64,000 bases of DNA from the human T2T-CHM13v2.0 reference genome, Homo sapiens, in NCBI RefSeq assembly GCF_009914755.1, contig NC_060938.1. One strand, written 5' to 3'. Of the stretch, positions 33,427 through 50,886 are shown piece after piece (within the stretch, counting starts at the first letter, position 1; the number at the start of each line of letters is the position of its first letter). A program made the translations under genes and the position numbers. The notes under the pieces are model-generated. The model was not told the origin of the DNA and ran no database searches. It saw only the letters and a program-made list of their open reading frames with translations.

Positions 33427-35874
33427 AATATTTTATAGGACTAAGTGTATTTGTAGATGGTATATACTTGTTCCTATAAAGACCACAATTTGAATATTTC
33501 AGTAACACTAAGTTTACATTTCTTAATGAAATGTGTTAGTTTACGATGACTATTGGGTCTACTGAATAATGTTATAAAAGTAAAATATTGTTTACTAAAT
33601 AACCAAGCTTAATTTTTGGCTCAAAGATATTTCAGTGTAAAATGTTTTGCCAGCTGATAATCCTTTTCCATGTTTTCTCTCACATTAATGACTAAACTGA
33701 AAAATTACAAAAATACTGTCATAGCAATTTTTACCAAAATTCATATTTTCTAAGAGTTTGATTTATTTTAAACTAGATCTTACGTATATGATTGTTCTTG
33801 ATCTCTGTCCTCTTGTAGCTATAAAACTGCCTAAATTTATAACCTGACTCTTTGGACAGTGAACTCTGTTGGCTCGGAGAACAAATGTCAGAACTTAGCA
33901 ACCTGAACAGAAGAATGCCTGCCTTCCATTCACAAACTTTAGTGTCAGAGCCTTTCAGAATAGCACTGCAGATGCTAAAAAGTTTGGAAGAAAAAAATCT
34001 CACATTACATCCAGGAGTGAAAGTGTTGTAGTGTGTGTAGGTGTTCTTAAAGCAGACAAATTGCTGGATTAGTGTTCCCTCAAAGTCTCCCAGAGTCTTT
34101 AGCCCCAGGTAGAGCAAATTGCCGCAGAGCTCTCCTGAGATCACAAAGGCTAGGGGCTGAGATCTGCACTGTAGTACAGCTGAAAGAAATAATTTGCAAC
34201 TTGTCTGTTTTCATTACCATCAAACTGCCTGTGGTACTCTCAATATTACAAGAGCAAACCATGAAGTCAGGTCTATTTAAATGTTAAATTTGTTATTTCC
34301 AGGGTTTGTGTCTTGTTATAATTTCTCTTAGTTTCTGATTAACCTAATTGTGGGATAATAGCTATTTGGCAGAACTAAAACGTTTATCTTTTCTAGTACT
34401 CTGGAGAGGTAACAAACTCATAGCATACATAGGCTTGGCAATTGTGGCTCAATTGTGGTAAGGACAGAACACTTCTCAACCTAACCTTCTTTATTAGTGC
34501 TAACAAAGATGTCAGTTATGCCAGGGATTTGCTCACCAGTAAACAAAGCCAATATAGTTAAGCATATTGGTTTTATTTTTTTTACTCTCTGTATAATAAG
34601 ATACTTACACTAAACCTTTAATTTACTAGGAAAGAAATTTTAGAAACTGGGCATCCCACGGTATTCCTTAGGAGCTGCTAATTGTCCCTTCCTACCTCCT
34701 TGAGTGGGAATGAGATGATAGAGGAACCAGGAAGAAAGAGATAAAACATACATGCAGCAAATTCCTGCCAGCAAACAAGTTTTAATTCCAAAAAGAATTT
34801 AGGGTACCTCCATAGTAGAAAGAAAATAATAAAAGACAGAACATTTGCTTCAGCCCAGGAGCTAAGCCTGAAAACCAGTTACTAAAAAGACAGGGAAATC
34901 AAGGAAAAATTCAGAAGTATTATGTAGCAGGCATGAATATTAAGTGCAGAACCTCAGGTATGCAAGAAATGTATTTAATTCCATTTAAATTATACTCTAA
35001 GTGCCTATGCTACAGGACTGGTGGGAAATTTTATTAAGCCACAACTGGAGCTTACTATCTCCAAGAATTATGACAAGGAACCTGAAGGTACTTAAGCAGC
35101 ACCAAAGCATCAGGGAGACACAGCTGGTCACTGGTCTGCACTGGATACATCTAGAGTATTCTTATAGTACCATTAGATCTCAAGTCTTTGCTCCTTTGGG
35201 CCATGCTAGGAGCACTAAGATCAGGTAGAGGCTGGAAACCTCAGAGCAGCTAGCCTCTTTGGGTGTATTTCACAGCCATCCCTTCTAAAGTCTGACCACT
35301 TCTCCAACATACTGCATGCTAAACAGCGAGGAAGGGGCCCTGCTGCTTGTTGGACTCATAGACCAGTACCTTCTTCCCAGCCAAGGAGAAATGATTCTTC
35401 CACAGTTACTTCCCTAAAGATCTCTCCCCTCCTTCACCTCACCCTGCCCTACACACTCTTTTCAAAGAGTTTCATTTTTACAAAACACTGAAAGCTTGTT
35501 AAATAGTTAAACAGTATCTGCCTTTTGCCATGAAAACTAAAGAATCATATGCATTACTATAAGTTTTCTTCGACCTACAAAATTATTAAATAACTCAAAG
35601 ACAATGAAAGGTGGCAATAATCCAGAAGGATGCACTAAACTGGACACCAGTGACCTTTTTTGCTCATTTCTAAGTCTCTTAAGTTTTGCTAATAGTGTCT
35701 CCACCACCCCTTATGATCAAAGTAATCACATAGATGATAACCGATCACAAAAAAGGCTGGTTTCATGAGGTTTGCCCAGTTATTTAGCAATAAGAGTGTT
35801 AATTAACCATGTAAGCTCCTTGATTTGTTTTGTAAGTCTAGAGCCATGTAGCCTTAGAATATTTAAAAGTAATT

Positions 35875-36181
<307 letters not shown>

Positions 36182-36624
36182 CTAATCAATATTCCAAACA
36201 TACACATAAAAAAATTTTCTTTAATATTTCATTTATCCTACATCATTCTTGTTCTGCTAAATGTTGAGTTAGCAGTCTGCTTTCCTGAAGCCATCAGCTT
36301 TGATACTACATAAAAGTTAGCTAAGCTATATCACCTCAGAAGCCTGTACTCAAGAGGTTATTGTTTGATATCTCAATAGCAATGTTAAAGTGCCTATTAC
36401 TCTCCTTTTCCCTAATGCTCTAAATCTGTCTCTGTTTCGGGCATAAACTATTGACTATAGCTTGTAGCAAAGCCTTCAGGCAAGCACCAGAGTAAAACAG
36501 AAATTCTCTGTGGATGACAAATACTTGAGAGCTGTGCTTAATTTGCTTCCATAACCAATAATATCAGAATAGAAGATAAGTGACATTCTCTTTTGAGATA
36601 CATATGTAAGTATTTCACAGTAGG

Positions 36625-36823
36625 GTTTTTTGTTTTGTTTTGTTTTGTTTTGAGGTTTTTGTTGTATTTTGTTTTTTGAGACAAAGTCTCACTCTGTCAC
36701 CCAGGGTAGAGTGCAGTACTGCCGTCATAGTTGACTGCAGCCTTGAATTCCTGGGCTCAAGCAATCCTCTTGCATCAGCCTCCCAAAGTGCTGGGATTAT
36801 AGGCGTGAACCACCATGCCAGCC
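36625..36823 (-). mobile_element. Monomer-length old Alu
   Basis: GTTT-rich tail plus antisense Alu sequence. Confidence 0.8.
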
Positions 36824-37608
36824 TAGAAGTTTTAATCAGCGTTTCCTCTGAGGGTAAAACAGCAAAGGCATTGTCAAATTTCCAGGAACTTCCCGTAAAG
36901 CAAACAATTTCTGAAATATTTCTATTAATAACAGTTTACCTATAAGAACCTAACCTAGGGCAGACTGAGTATCTCTTCTCAGATATGGCAGCTCCTCTCA
37001 TGAAACTTTAAACAAATCTAATTATTCCCAGCATTTCTTTTTATAGATGAAAACAAACCTGGGATTTTCTAGAGGCCCTCTAGGAAATTTTAAAGATGAG
37101 TTTTGGTAAGAAAAGCACATTTTTTCCTAAATTTTGGTCTGATCTTTAAAAGGCAAAAATCAAAAAAGTTATTAAAAAAGAATGGGGCACTTGATGAAGA
37201 CCTGAGAAACTACTTGGTTACCTAATTTTTCAAAACAATAAAATATTTGAAAATGAACATAGAAGGTAACATGACTGTAAATAACCTTGGCTCAATTCAT
37301 AAATAAGGAACCTTTGTTCTTCGCTTTTTTATTTCTTTAAATAAAGATAAACAGCACAAAAAGGCAAATTACACAAAAAGAATAACCTTTCTTATTGTAG
37401 GACAGGCGTTAATCAGTACCAAAGAAAGAAGCACATCAAAACTCAGCAAACTCACTAAAATTTTAATATGTTTCTCAGCTTCACTTCAAACACAGTTACT
37501 AGAAACCAGGGCAAATACAATCTCATGAAAGTTTGTCCTTTATTATGCTCTTTTATATTCTGGAACAAATTGACACTTTAGAGCAAAGAATAGTCTTCAT
37601 AACCGTAA

Positions 37609-37988
<380 letters not shown>

Positions 37989-38156
37989 AGTTTGCCTTTT
38001 TTATTCCACTTCTCTCATTCTCTTTCCTTTTCTCATGAGTGTATGCTTGAGTTCTTCCAGCAGCTAAATGATGAGTGATATCTCATCAGATTGAGTGAAT
38101 CAGATATGAGAATCTGACTTCTGGTAACCCAGAAGTTAAAGAGATTTTCAAAATTA

Positions 38157-38484
<328 letters not shown>

Positions 38485-39279
38485 GTTACTTATGTTAACA
38501 TGAAATGGCTTTATTGTTGTTATTTTCAAATGAACCAAATGTTTTTTTAATTTCTTAGTTTTAATTTCTAATATAGTAAATATCCATAGCTATAGCTCAC
38601 ATAAACAAAAACTCTTAGGGATCCTTAATGAATTTTAATTTAAGAATATGTGAAGGGGTCTTGAGACCAAAAATTCTGAGAATCGGGCCTTAAGAAAAAA
38701 ATATTATTTTTCCTTGAAAAACAAAAGAACACTTATAGTTATACTTCTCTGTCATTATTGTTCCTTATATAATTGCAACTACCCATATTAATTATGATGT
38801 TTAAGAAAATAACTAATATCTGTGTCATAGAGAAAACTAGGGAGCTTGGATAATTGAGAAATAATATGTAACCATTTTAGCAGACTAGCAAAGCTCATAA
38901 ACACAAAGAACACAACTTTCTACTGCGGGACACATCCCTTTTACACCTTAGTGTAGCAAAGATGAATCAACACATTCATTAACATGACCCAAAAATACAG
39001 CCTTTCCAGCAAAATATATTCACCTTAAGAAGTACATAGTTACTAACTATATAGTTTTAATTTCTATATAATTAATAACTATATTCTTTTTAAAAAGCTA
39101 ATAACTTAAAATGATGCTTAATAATAAATGCTCTAATACTCTATCTTAGAAATTAGGTATCTTACGATGATTTATTAATCAATTCAGTTTAATATCAACT
39201 CAAGATTTTAAGTAAATAAAAATCTTAAATTATTTTGAAACTGACATACTATAAAACATAATAACTATTAACATTGTAA

Positions 39280-39643
<364 letters not shown>

Positions 39644-39829
39644 TTATACTTTTTTATAATCTTAAATATTATATAGGAAAAATGTGAGATTATTTGATAA
39701 ATAAGCCTATAGAAGTTTAGGAAAAACCCAAGTGAAATAAAATGTATACTTGTGTTATACTTAAGATTGATGTAAATAAGAGAAAGAACATGGCTGAGGT
39801 TTTTTTATTATTGTTATTTAAGTTTGGGG

Positions 39830-39980
39830 TTTGTTTTTTTTCTTTGTTTATATGTATGTTTTGAGGCAGGGTCTCAATATTTTGCTCAAGTTGGTCTCTA
39901 ACTTCTGGGCTTAAGCAATAATCCTCCTGCCTCAGCCTCCCAAGTAGCTAGCATTATAGGTACACGTCATCATACCTGGC
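39830..39980 (-). mobile_element. FLAM / Alu monomer
   Basis: Diverged antisense left monomer. Confidence 0.75.
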
Positions 39981-40568
39981 TTTTGGGTTTCCTTAATAAC
40001 TGGAATTATTAAGTTAGTCTCATTTGCTACAGATTTATCCTAATTATATGAACTCACATTCTCAAAATTATAAGTAGAATATTTTCAGTGTAGCATATTT
40101 AAAATATTGTAAGTTAAAATTATTTATTATCTAGGAATTTTAGAAATATTTTATATAAGAACTTACTATCTCTCTCAGCCAGTTAGAACAGGGCATCTTT
40201 AAGAGACGATATAATTTATGAATACCTTACAGAAATAGGAAGGCAAACACTTCACACTCACAAAATGAGGTAAATGTTTTTCTGTATTACAGACACGTGA
40301 ACACACAGACAGATAAGAAACACAATAGCTTCAGTTCTACTTACAACTTGAGCTGTAAGTCAAGAGTAAACACAGAACCATAAATATTCATCAGTCCACT
40401 CATAAAGAGCTATTTTCTTTCCTAGAGGGCACAAAAATCTTAATTGATTTGGCCTCAGAATGGACAATAAGAGAAATAAACAAGAAAGACTAATAAGCCA
40501 GATTCTCTGTCTTCTCTTAACCAAACAAAATAGATTTGTATCATCCTTTTACAGAGATCACCAAATGA

Positions 40569-41190
<622 letters not shown>

Positions 41191-41807
41191 TAGATAAAAT
41201 CATTAATCTTGATTTTGTCTCCTTTCTTGGCTTACTCACTGTACCTCGTTTTTGTAAATAAATTTAGTTGTTTCATAAGTGTTCATAGTATGTATAACTT
41301 CTATATTCTACCTAGAAGTGATATTACCACTTCGTGTATAGCATAAGAATCTTACAATGATATACTTCTGTTTTTCCCCTCTCAACATCTGTGCTACACT
41401 TGCCATAAATGTCATATTTACATATATTATTGAACCTTCACTATATCATTATGATTTTTCTTTAAATGATAAATTACTTTTAGCAAATGTTATATGATAT
41501 TTAAAAATCTTACATATTTGCCTATGTAAAAAAATTATGAATCTCATAAATATATAAAATGAACATGTTTCCAAGACTTTATTTAACTCAACAACGAGCA
41601 AATAAGATGCTATGACCTATTCAAAGGAGAATTCAAAGAATATACCCATTTCAGCATTCTTGACTACCCAGGTAATCAGGTAATCAAGAATGCTGAAATA
41701 ATTTGCTAATAGATGCAAAACTGATCTATACCCACCACAGAATAATCAATTACATCTCCACTGGGCAGAATTCATTTGCATTTCTTTGGAATAAAATTAT
41801 GTTCACT

Positions 41808-42098
41808 GGCGGGGCGCGGTGGCTCACACCTGTAATCCCAGCACTTTGGTAGGCCGAGGCGGGCAGATCACGAGGTCAGGAGATTGAGACCATCCTGGCC
41901 AACATGGGGAAACCCCATCTCTACTAAAAATACAAAAATTGGCTGGGTGTGGTGGTGCATGCCTGTCATGCCAGCTACTCAGGAGGCTGAGGCAGCAGAA
42001 TCTCTTAAACCAGGGAGTCAGAGGTTGCACTGAGCCAAGATTGTGCCACTGCACTCCAGCCTGGTGACAGAGCGAGACTCCGTGTCAAAAAAAAAAAA
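41808..42098 (+). mobile_element. AluSc-like
   Basis: gatcacgaggtcaggagattgagaccatcctggccaac; gcctggtgacag; TSD gttcact. Confidence 0.88.
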
Positions 42099-42105
42099 GG
42101 TTCAC

Positions 42106-42731
42106 TGTCTTAGCTTAGGCTGCTATTTAAAAAATACCAAAGTCCAGGTGCAGTGGCTCACGCCTGTAATCCTAGCACTTTCAGAGGCCAAGGCGGGCAG
42201 ATCCTTAAGCCAGGAGTTCTAAACCAGCCCAGGCAACATGGCAAAATCCCCTCTCTACAAAAACTATAAAAATTAGCTAGGCATAGTGGTGCTTGCCTGT
42301 AGTCCCAACTAGTCAGGAAGCTGAGGTGAGAGGTCAAGGCTGCAGTGAGCTGTGTTCACACCACTGCACTCCAGCCTAGGCAACAAAATGAGACCCTGTC
42401 TCAAAATAACAAAAAATACCATAAAATGGGTGGCGTAAACATTTATTTCTCATAATTCTGAAGGTTGGGAAATCCAAGATCCAGGTGACAGCATGGATGG
42501 GTTCTGGTGAGGGCCCTCTTCCAGGCTGCAGATAGCTGACTTCTTTTACCCTCACATGGCAGAAAGAGAGCTAGCTAACTCTCTGGCCTCTTCTTATAAT
42601 GGCACTAATTCTACTCATGAGAACTCCACCCTCATCACCTAATTACTTCCCAAAGCCCCCACCATCACATTGGGATTGGAGTTTCAACATATGAATTTGG
42701 GGGTGGGGAGGGACATATTCAGTCCATTGCA
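42106..42731. mobile_element. MLT1A-type MaLR solo LTR containing a sense AluJ (~42141-42414)
   Basis: TG...CA ends; 5-bp TSD TTCAC/TTTAC; typical MaLR motifs; Alu TSD aaaaatacca. Confidence 0.82.
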
Positions 42732-43169
42732 TTTACTCTCAGTTTTATTCAGTTTCATTGCTGTAAAATAGCTGAAAAATACAAATAACCAGAAAGTGGG
42801 TGTTGCACTGGACACCCAGTATTCTTTTCTGCCCATTTCAAAGTTTTGCACAATTTTTCTGACCACTGGTGTTTCTCCTTACCTGAGTTGAAGAAGAGAC
42901 TTATTCCTTCATCCATTCATTTTTCTTCTTCTCATATGACTCTGGGGTTCAGAATATCAGACAAAGATCCTTGCTGCTTCAATAGGTAAACAAAAATATA
43001 AGAACAATGATGATTCTCAGCCTTTATCACTATGTCTGGTACAAGTTTTCTGTCTGTCACAGGAGCATGAAGCACTTCTTCATGTTCAAAAAGAATGAAA
43101 AGGGCTATTTTTAAAAACAATTTTTTGCAAGAAAAATAAAACACTTTCATTCATTTAGCAAATATATAA

Positions 43170-43720
43170 GCATCTGCTTTCCAAACTCTGCATCATAACC
43201 TTCAAGGCCCTGCAACTCTGGCTTCTGCCTATCTCTTCAAACTCTGCTTATACCTCTCTCCTACTCATTCACTACCATCCATTGCCTTTTCAGTTCCATG
43301 CACGCTTTGCCACTTTGGAAGCTTTCATTTGTATGTCCCTTCTCTGGAATTCTCTTCCCTCCACACTTCACATGCTTGAATCCTTCTTATCCTTCAAGGC
43401 TTAGCTAATATATCACTACCTCTTCTAGAATGACCTTTCCTATTCCCCACACCCTCATCATTTTCTATCCCAGCACCTGCTTATTTCCTTCATCGCATGT
43501 ACCACAAATTATAATTATTTTATTTGTTGGTTTACTTGTTTTTGGCTATTTCTCTCCAGTAAAATGTAACAGGATATCTTTGTGTCAGGGACTATGTCTT
43601 TCTTCTGTACCATGAAATGCGTAGCACATATGGAATTCCTAATACATAATAGGCACTCAGAAATGTTTGGTGCACTAACAAATGAATGAGTGAAAGGTGT
43701 ATGCTATTCATTAAGGATTC
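43170..43720 (+). mobile_element. L2 3' portion
   Basis: ttcaaggccctgc...tagcaca...taataggcactcagaaatgtttgg...aatgaatgagtga. Confidence 0.75.
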
Positions 43721-43889
43721 ATTATATAGATATAGATATATATAGATATATATAAAAGAGAAGTTTCCTGTTCTCAAGAACTTTATAGTTTAACAAAGGA
43801 TACATATCAGCTATCAAAGCAGTTGCTCTATAACCTAAGTGCATAATGTTAGAAGCATTTAGTGCTATAGGAGCATATAAGAAAGACCT

Positions 43890-46480
43890 GAAGATTTCTG
43901 CTTCTGCTATGATAGAATAGCATATTTGGACCAATTCTCCCACCAAGAACATCTATAAAAACTATGTAAAATTTTTTAAAGAAAAGCAAAAGCAGATGTC
44001 TGAAGAAAATAACCAAGACAGCCAGGATTCCGGGCACTAAGATCCCAGAGAAAAAGTGAACCACAGAGAAGTAAAACTGGAATTCTTCACCATATTTTTC
44101 CTCAAAGCATTTACTAATTCCTAAGCCAGGAGTGAGGTGGGGTGAGAGCTATTAATACTACAGGAGGCAAAGAAGCCAAGCATAAAAAAGAGTAGCTAAG
44201 AAGCTAATGAAATAAGCAGAATTTTCATGAGTCTTATGAGTTCAGGACCTGTTATAGAGGAGGGGCCCTGGTAAATATCTCAGGCTTTCAGCTTGAAGGG
44301 CTATGCTTTAGGAATAAAGACAATCTGCAGATAAACTAGCCTTCACACGGACTGAAATTCAGCATCAAACTATCTCAATCCCTGATTAGATCAAGATAAT
44401 CTGAGTTTTCCTTAACTGCCAGAAGACCTCAAATTCTTTTTGGAGGAATATATCATTGTCCAAAGCCTTTTCAATTTTTTCATACCTGATATTTGGGCTT
44501 CAATCTGAAAAGTTGCCAGACATGCTAGAGATAGAGCAAAATGACTAAAAATTAAGATAGGAAACAATTGATAAAGTAGACCTAAAAATGATGCTGATAC
44601 TTATATTGTCTCACATGGACTTTAATAACCATTATATGTTTAAGAAAAAGGGATGACAAAGTGGGAAATTTCACTAGAAAACTGGTATCTATTCATAAGA
44701 ATCAAATTGAAATTTTGGAAAAGGGATAGAAAATATAGAAATGAGCATAAAAGACAAATGGGATGTGGTGAAAGGTCAAACATATATGTAGATGAAGTCT
44801 AAGAAGGAGAGGGGAGACAGAGTGAGCAAAACGATATTTAAAATATTGGCGGATAGTTTTCCAAAATCAATAAAAGACATCAAGCCAGAAATTCTAGGAG
44901 CTCTACTAATCTCGAGCCGGATAAATAAAAGAAACCATACCTAGGTAATCAGCAAAACTACTGAAAACTAAAGACGGAGAAAATTTTACCAGAAGGACAC
45001 ATTGCCTTCAAAGGAGCAACAATAAAACTAACAAATGATTTAAATGGAAATGATGGAACCCAGAAAACAATGGACTGGGATTTGTAAAATGCAGGAAAAA
45101 AATACTGCCAGTAGGGAACTCTATAGTCATCAAAAATGTACTTCAAAAATGAAGGTGGAGTAAAGACAATTTCAGCCAAACAAAAACTGTGCGGACCTAG
45201 ACTAAATAGAGTTTTTAAGGTGGAAGGATTATGGAAGCATGGAAATGCAGAAAGGACTAAAGAGGGTTAACATGTCAGCAAATGTAAATGAGTGTTGATC
45301 ATGTAAAATAATAATGTCTTGTGAGGCTTAAAATATGAATACTATATAGTGAATATATAAATATCAAGTATATATTGTCAACATAGTATATGTAGAAAAT
45401 ATATACAATAAATAAAATACATATACTTAAAATATAAACATATACATGCACATACGTATATGCTTAAAATGCATGTAAAATATATACACACAATAGCATG
45501 AAAGGTAGAAAGGCATAAATTGAGTTGATATGTTTTAAGGTTCTTGTATTGTCTGGGAAGTGATTTTTAAAAACCCAGTTATGAGTAGACTGTAATAAGT
45601 CAAGGATGCATATTGTAAATCTCTAAAATAATTACTAACATAATAATATAAGAATATGTAACTAACAAGCTAATAGAGGGGAAAGAATATTAAATAAAAA
45701 ATATTTCATGAATCCTAAGGGAGGTATAGAAGAAGGAAAAAGGAAATCAAAGCAGAAGTGACAAATGGTACAGTGATAGTTTTAAACCCAAATATAGCAG
45801 TAATCATACTACATGTAGGCCAGGTGCGGTGGCTCATGCCTATAATCCCAGCACTTTAGGAGGCTGAGGTGGACTGATCATGTGGGGCCAGGAGTTCGAG
45901 ACCAGCCTAACCAACGTAATGAAACCTCGTCTCTATACAAAAATTAGCTGGGTGTGGTGGCATGTGCCTGTAGTCCCAGCTACTCAGGAGGCTGAGACAT
46001 GCAATCGTTTGAACCCAGGAGACAGAGGTTGCCAACGTGAGCCGAGATCGCGCCACTGCACTCCAGCCTGGGTGACAAGTGAGACTCTGTCTCAAAAAAA
46101 AAAAAAAAGAAAAATTATACTAAATGTAAATAGACTGAATCCTTCAGTTAAAAATTGTCATTCTGGATTTTTAAAAAAACAGCTAATCATATGCTGCTTA
46201 TAAGAGACACATCTTAAATATTATAAAGACATAGAAAACTGAAAGTAAAAGATTTGAAAAAGTTACAATGAAATATAGCTGGTGTAGCTATATTGATAAC
46301 AGAGAAAATTCTTTTTCTTTTCTTATAATACATTTTTATGTAGAGCAAATAGAGAAAATTAAGGTAAAAAGGATTACTAGATATTAGGAGGGACATTTTA
46401 TTATTTTAAATTAGTTAATTCATCAGGAATATGTAAGTAACATTTGCAAATTTACTATATCTAATAATATAACCTCAAAA
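43890..46480 (+). mobile_element. Ancient L1M 5' region (ORF1 and ORF2-start remnants), interrupted by an Alu
   Basis: A-rich degenerate L1 sequence (ccttcaaaggagcaacaataaaact...; aaatgtaaatagactgaat...atatgctgcttataagagacacatc). Confidence 0.65.
45818..46110 (+). mobile_element. AluS
   Basis: Full Alu; TSD approximately atacta(c/a)atgta. Confidence 0.9.
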
Positions 46481-46664
46481 TGAAAAATACGTGAATTAAT
46501 TAATTAATAATCAACATTTCATCTAGTCCCCCAGTCTTTGGAGTTCAGAGGAGGCTGAGAAGATGACTGAGACTAAGATAAAGGTGGGATAGACAGTGGG
46601 GTAGAAAGAGTATTCAAGGCAGAAAAAAGATTTTCAAAGACTGGAGGCAATAGCTTAAGAAACT

Positions 46665-47486
<822 letters not shown>

Positions 47487-48199
47487 TTATATAGTCACTT
47501 GATCAAATTTATCTCAGAGGATCTCTGTTACTACTGTGGGGAGAATGAATTGGAGGAGGGTGGCACTATTGGCAAGGAGACCTATTTCAGCAATCCCGGT
47601 GAGATGATGTTGGCTGAGGCTGTAGAGATAGAAGGGAACACATTTTTACAAATAAAAGTACCTAATAGTTTGTGAAATATTTAAAATGTAGACAGGTTAC
47701 TGGACTCATTTTTAGATTAGTAAACCAAAAAATTTAGTAATAGACCTAGGTTTTTATTATTTAAGAGAAATGTTAAGGAGTGCAATTTTTTTCTTTCTGT
47801 CTACAACACCAGCTGCAGAGCTGTGTTATATTTCATTTCCAAAGATCAGATTTTGTAATATCACTGTGGGTTGGTCATAGCCACAGGTTAGTTTTGTTTT
47901 TAATACTAGAATATAAAGTTGGAGTAGTTAAAACTCCCTTGACTTTCTGTTTTAGAGTTCCTTTCCTGTTTTTCATTTTAGTTGAGCTATTTAGATTTGA
48001 CAAATCTAAGTAATCTGTGGGCATATGTTCAAGTCTCTCTTCAAGGAATGTATATGGCTTTAAGATCATTAAGCAGAATGGTGTAGGATACATACATGTA
48101 GGTTTCTTGCCCGGGTACAACTTAAGACATATTTGTTAACATCCTTCTTCAGACATAAAATTCTATCTTAGAAGAGAAACAATAACGCACCAGCTAATG

Positions 48200-48385
48200 A
48201 TATTATACATTAATGTAGTTGTTTTGTTTTTATCTAACTTCTCCTACTAGAATGTACTTTCTGTGAGGACAGGGATGTTGTCTCTTTTGTTCAAGGCTGT
48301 ATCCCCCTACACATAGACTGGTACTCATCATATACCAAGTGTTAAGTAACTATTTATTGAATGAATAAATGGATAAATGAAGAAT
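48200..48385 (+). mobile_element. L2 3' end
   Basis: actagaatgta...tgtgaggacagggat...tatttattgaatgaataaatgga. Confidence 0.75.
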
Positions 48386-48528
48386 GAAGGAATATTTGTG
48401 TTAAGCAAATCAACTCCATTAAAATAAGAAAGATGTTTCTTTTCATTTCAATCTTATTAATTTAATGTTCATTTAAAGTGTTGAAAGTCTAATATTAAAA
48501 TGTTTGAAAGTAAAGTGATTATTTTTAA

Positions 48529-48705
<177 letters not shown>

Positions 48706-50131
48706 TGAATTAACTATTCCAAAAAAAAAGAAATATAGTATTAGGATCCTTTGCACAAGTGCAGGTTCTAATGAAATAGGAATTCATCTTCCTTATGAGT
48801 CAATGAGTTTGGTATAAACAAAACACAGCAACTTTCCAAACTTTTTCTCCTTTTTAATTCTCATCCCTAGTTCCTTCTTCCTCTTTTTCTCTTTTTCCCC
48901 AAACTGCTTCTTTATCTGTTTTTAAAAATAATTAATATGAGAACTCTGAAATATACACAAAAGTAGGGAACGAACCCCCACCCCACCCTGCCTTTTAGTT
49001 GGGAGGGAGGGCTGGTTTGTTTAAAAGCAAATTCTAGATATGTCATTTTGGTATACATCTGAAATAATAATACTAACAACAGCATTCTCTTACCTAATCA
49101 CAGTAGTATTATGTCATCTAACAAAATAAATAATACTTTAATATCATCTAATACCCTGATCATATTCAAATTTCTCCCATATATCAAGAAAAAGAATGCC
49201 TTTTTATAATTGTTTTGTTTGATAAGGATTCCATTAAGGTCGACTCAGTGTATTTGTTTGTTAAGTCTCTATTAAATGAGAACATTTTCTGCCCCCACCC
49301 TTTTTGTTGTTGTTGTGCCATTGACTTGCTAGAGAAAATGGATCATGTTTCCTGATGAATGGATTTGGCTGATTACTTCCTTAGGTTATGTTCCTCTGTC
49401 TCTGATATATGCTATAAATTGAAAGATATAAAGGCTTGATTAAATTCAGGTTTAATTTTTTTTTTCCTTTGCAAGAATGTTTCATTAAGTAGGCTTTCAC
49501 ACTGTTTCCTACTGGCCCCTAGGAGGAAAGAAAAATAACTAAGGAAAATAACCATGAATTTGCACATCTCTTAAAAATTAATAATCCCTAAAGAAGGGCT
49601 GATGGAGGTCCTGAAGTCAGTTATAAATCCTCAAAGGTTGCCAAACGTTGGTATTAGTGAAAGATATGGCCATATCTTTAAGAAATAGTCTATCTGTTTA
49701 GACCTTTGCTACTCTATGAACCTATGATTTCCTGTGCAGAGACCTCAACTGTATGGCTGAGAGTTCCAGCCCACCTCCATGCTGTCAGGGACAACAGTAA
49801 TGATGCTTTACTGTCAATGAACCCTAGGAGAGAATGGAGTAGAGGCTTCTCAGTTGTTGTAAGTGAGCTATGGGTACCATCAACAAATTTCAAAAGCCTT
49901 TAAAGTATCAAGCTAGCCCTCCTAATAAGTACCTCATGTCAGTTCTAGGATAGAGATCAGGCTTTACCTCCACGATTTGGCCATTTTTAGTATAGAATTA
50001 AGATTATTCCTAAAGCTTTGTCCACAATTTGATAGAATTCTTGGCTTTGTATTTCTGTAGTTGCATGTTGAGCATGCCCCAATATGGCTGCTGCTGATAG
50101 GGCCTTTTTATTATCGAAACTGTTGAATTGG

Positions 50132-50447
50132 GGCTGGGCATGGTGGCTCACGCCTATAATCCCCAACACTTTGGGATGCTGAAGCAGGCAGGTTGCTTTG
50201 AACTCAGGAGTTCCAGACTATCCTGAGCAACATCGAGAAACCCCATCTCTATAAAAAATACAAAAATTAGCCGGGCGTTGGTGGCTTGTGCCTCTAGTCC
50301 CAGCTACACGGGAGGCTGAGGCTGAAGAATCGCTTGAGCTGGGAAGCAGAGGTTACAGTGAGCCGAGATCATGCCACTGCAGTCCAGCCTGGGTAACAGA
50401 GTGAGACCTTGTCTCAAAAAAGAAAAAAAGAAAAGAAAAGAAAGAAA
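50132..50447 (+). mobile_element. AluJ
   Basis: Full Alu; TSD gaaact(g/a)ttg(a/g)att. Confidence 0.88.
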
Positions 50448-50602
50448 CTATTGGATTTTGTCTTACGCAAATATTGTTATGCTATTGGGTATAACTGCTT
50501 TTTTTTTTTTCTGAGCCCATGGGCAGTACTAATCTGATTAGGATACAGAGGATATCCCAAAAGCATATCAGTGTGCTTCTCAAAACCTCAAAAATTGAAT
50601 TG

Positions 50603-50886
50603 GGCCGAGTGCAGTGGCTCACACCTATAATCCCAGCATTTTGGGAGGCCGTGGGGGTGGTTCGCTTGAGCCCGGAAGTTGGAGACCAACCTGGGCAACA
50701 TGGCAAAACCCCGTCTCTACAAAAAATACAAAAATTAGTCAGGTGTGGTGGCACATGCCTGTAGTCCCAGCTACTTGGGAGGCTAAGGCGAGAGGATCAC
50801 TTGAGGCGGAGGTGGCAGTGAGCCATGATAGCACCACTGCACTCCAGCCTGGGCAGCAGAGTAAGACCCTGCCTCAAAAAAAAAAA
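50603..50886 (+). mobile_element. AluJ
   Basis: Full Alu with a small internal deletion. Confidence 0.88.
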
